Shown piece by piece: positions 61,991 to 64,000 of a DNA stretch of 64,000 bases. A program made the translations under genes and the position numbers. The DNA is taken from positions 288,001 through 352,000 of the forward strand of contig JAXGPF010000006.1 in NCBI GenBank assembly GCA_040767085.1, in the 5' to 3' direction. Numbering within the stretch: position 1 is the stretch's first letter; each line of letters starts with the position of its first letter. Origin of the DNA: Kiritimatiellia bacterium. Its GTDB lineage: Bacteria > Verrucomicrobiota > Kiritimatiellia > JAAZAB01. The notes under the pieces are model-generated. The model ran no database searches. It saw only the letters and a program-made list of their open reading frames with translations, and was not told the DNA's origin.

Positions 61991-62323
61991 CACCGCCATA
62001 AATATAAGTTAATTTGAAAAGTCGCCCCCTGCCACCTTGCGTGGCAGGAGCGAAAGGTTAGGCAAAAACACAACACTTTGTTTTTTAACAACATGCGGCG
62101 TTTTACATAGACTTGGTCTCCGGCAGGCTTGTCCGCCTCAGGTGGAACAAGCCCGTCTCGCGACTTGTGCAATTGGTTCAAATACTAGAATACGGGACTG
62201 ACCCCTACTCCCTCCTCTGTCCTGGTTGACAACCGGTCAAAACAGGAGTAATTATTAATTAAGGATCGAGCACCGGCAGTCCAACGTCCGCATTTACAAC
62301 CAGCAGTCCAAAAGGAGCGCCCC

Positions 62324-62713
62324 ATGCAGGAACTGATCAATGAACTCGTGGCGAAACTGGGAGTGCAGCCCGGTCAGGCGCAGGGCGGGGCCGGCCTGAT
62401 TTTCAAACTGGCCCAGGCCAAGTTGGGAGGCGATTTCAGCAAGATCGCGGCGGTGTTGCCCGGGGTGCAGGAACTGATCGCGGCGGCGCCGCAGGCCGGC
62501 GGGATGGCAAAACTGGCCGGCGGCTTGCTGGGCGCCATCGGCGGCGGCAAGGCGAAGGGCCTGGCGGACTTGGCCGGGCTGGCCGGCGGCTTCGCGAACC
62601 TGAAACTGGACAGCGCGATGGTGTCAAAATTCATCCCGATCGTCCTGGAGTTCGTGCAAGGCCGGGGCGGCGCGGGCGTCATGGAACTGCTGAACAAGGC
62701 GCTGCAGAAATAA
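62324..62713 (+). CDS. DUF2780-like small Gly-rich protein
   Basis: AAGGAG RBS; LV.KLGV...QA.GGAG..F..A; L...F..L.LD..MV.KFIP. Confidence 0.7.
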   Translation: MQELINELVAKLGVQPGQAQGGAGLIFKLAQAKLGGDFSKIAAVLPGVQELIAAAPQAGGMAKLAGGLLGAIGGGKAKGLADLAGLAGGFANLKLDSAMVSKFIPIVLEFVQGRGGAGVMELLNKALQK

Positions 62714-62780
62714 CACAGGCCGACGGATGCCCGGTAGTGCCGGCGCCAGCGCGTCATAAAACGATGCGCACTACAGCCAT

Positions 62781-64000
62781 TTAATCCTTCCCATTCAAGG
62801 CCACCCTGATTTTCGCTTCCAGTTCCTTGATCAAAAACGGCTTCTGGATGAACGGCGCGCGCGGATTCAGCATCAGCAGGCCGGGCGAGTAACCGGACAT
62901 GAAAAGGCAGCGCAGACCGGGCCGCAGGGCGGCCAGGCTCTCCGCCAGCTTCCGGCCGTTCTGCCCGGGCATCACGACATCGGTGATCACCAGTTGGATT
63001 TCGCCGTCGTATGTCCGCGCCCGTTCCAGCGCCGCCTGGGGTGAGTTGGCGGTCAGGACCTTGTAGCCCAGCACGGACAACATATGGCTGATGAGTTTTA
63101 ACACCATCTCCTCGTCTTCCACCAGCAGAATCGTTCCGCTGGACGGCGGAGCTCCGGCAGCCTCCGCCGGTATCTCGGCGGGGGCTGACGGCGCCGCCTG
63201 CCGGGGCAGGAAAATCTTCACGGTGGTGCCCCGCCCCTCCTGGCTCTCGATCTTGATCATGCCGCGGTATTGCCGGACAATATCCTGAATGGTGGCCAGC
63301 CCAAGGCCGGTGCCCTTCCCGGGAAGCTTGGTGGTATAGAAGGGCTCGAAGATTTGCGCCAGGACCGCGGGCGGCATGCCGCAACCATCATCGCTGACCG
63401 ACACCCACACGTATTCCCCCGGCAGGTAGTCCGGGTGCGCGGCGCAATACGCGGCATCGCAAACCAGCGTGCCGGTTTCAATGACCACCCGGCCGGTATC
63501 GGCGATGGCGTCGCGGGCATTGACGCAAAGGTTCGCCAGGATCTGGTCGACATGGACGGGATCCATCAGCACCGGCCATACCTCCGCGGCAGGCCGCCAT
63601 GCCAGCTCGATGTTTTCCCCGATCAACCGCCGCAGCAGTTTGAGGGAACTCTCGACGGCCGTATTCAGGTTCAGCGTCTTCGGCGTCGAAGTCTGCTTGC
63701 GCGAGAAGGCCAGCAACTGCCGGGTGATGTCGGTGGCGCGCACGGCGGCGTGGTAAATCTCATCCAAATCGTCATGCAACTCGTCGCGTGGCGCCACGCG
63801 TTCCAGGGCCTGTTCCGTGTAGCCTATGATCACGCCCAGCATGTTGTTGAAATCGTGGGCCACGCCGCCCGCCAGGCGTCCCATCGCTTCCATCTTCTGC
63901 GCGATGATCAGCCGTTCCCGCAATTTCTGTTTTTCCAGGTCGGCGACCCGGGCCGCGGTAATATCCATGACGTTGCCGTTCACCCGCAGCACCCGCCCGG
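62781..64000 (-). CDS. Hybrid sensor histidine kinase/response regulator (CckA-like); 5' end outside the window
   Basis: H-box LAGGVAHDFNNML, N-box NLCVNARDA, DDGCG, FYTTK..GKGTGLGL and REC LVED...TDVVMP. Confidence 0.92.
   Translation of the reverse strand, partial: GRVLRVNGNVMDITAARVADLEKQKLRERLIIAQKMEAMGRLAGGVAHDFNNMLGVIIGYTEQALERVAPRDELHDDLDEIYHAAVRATDITRQLLAFSRKQTSTPKTLNLNTAVESSLKLLRRLIGENIELAWRPAAEVWPVLMDPVHVDQILANLCVNARDAIADTGRVVIETGTLVCDAAYCAAHPDYLPGEYVWVSVSDDGCGMPPAVLAQIFEPFYTTKLPGKGTGLGLATIQDIVRQYRGMIKIESQEGRGTTVKIFLPRQAAPSAPAEIPAEAAGAPPSSGTILLVEDEEMVLKLISHMLSVLGYKVLTANSPQAALERARTYDGEIQLVITDVVMPGQNGRKLAESLAALRPGLRCLFMSGYSPGLLMLNPRAPFIQKPFLIKELEAKIRVALNGKD

Noticed and set aside
62020-62075. 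c-di-GMP riboswitch (GCGAAAG...GGCAAA words)
   Set aside because: The order and pairing do not fit the GGCAAAC...GAAA...GCAAA class I architecture.

Overview
GC-rich bacterial chromosomal window with dense coding and no tRNA, rRNA, CRISPR array or intact transposase that I could recognise. It comes from a diderm (waaA, gmhA). Gene content and protein style suggest an anaerobic PVC-superphylum organism such as Kiritimatiellota or Lentisphaerae, but that is inference. Housekeeping genes include rplU-rpmA-obgE, waaA-purD-purE, a stand-alone EF-G, eno-ftsB, a GT3 glycogen synthase and a copA-type ATPase. Four accessory blocks sit among them. (1) At 19-26 kb, two tandem PilV/PilW/PilX-like minor-pilin triplets lie behind a complete sigma54-type promoter (candidate activator site, exact IHF consensus, -24/-12). 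(2) Convergent on it is a four-gene quinone module (NDH-2-like flavoprotein, DoxX, MenA, short-chain-type polyprenyl synthase) resembling the Ndh2/DmkA/DmkB core of flavin-based extracellular electron transfer loci. (3) At 30-42.7 kb is a secreted and glycan-processing cluster (Zn-PLC/S1-P1-like plus CBM, beta-helix proteins, GHL10-like, GH28, URO-D/MtaA-like, GH2). (4) An unknown 2-TM protein is translationally coupled to a phosphoesterase-PHP fusion. Cross-cutting signals include Thr-Asn enrichment in exported proteins, a shared C-terminal G-x-M-F-x-x-R motif, a catalytically dead S41 protease, several structured intergenic elements and recurrent 16-bp-spacer promoters. Many CDS starts were trimmed from the ORF track to the likely start codon.
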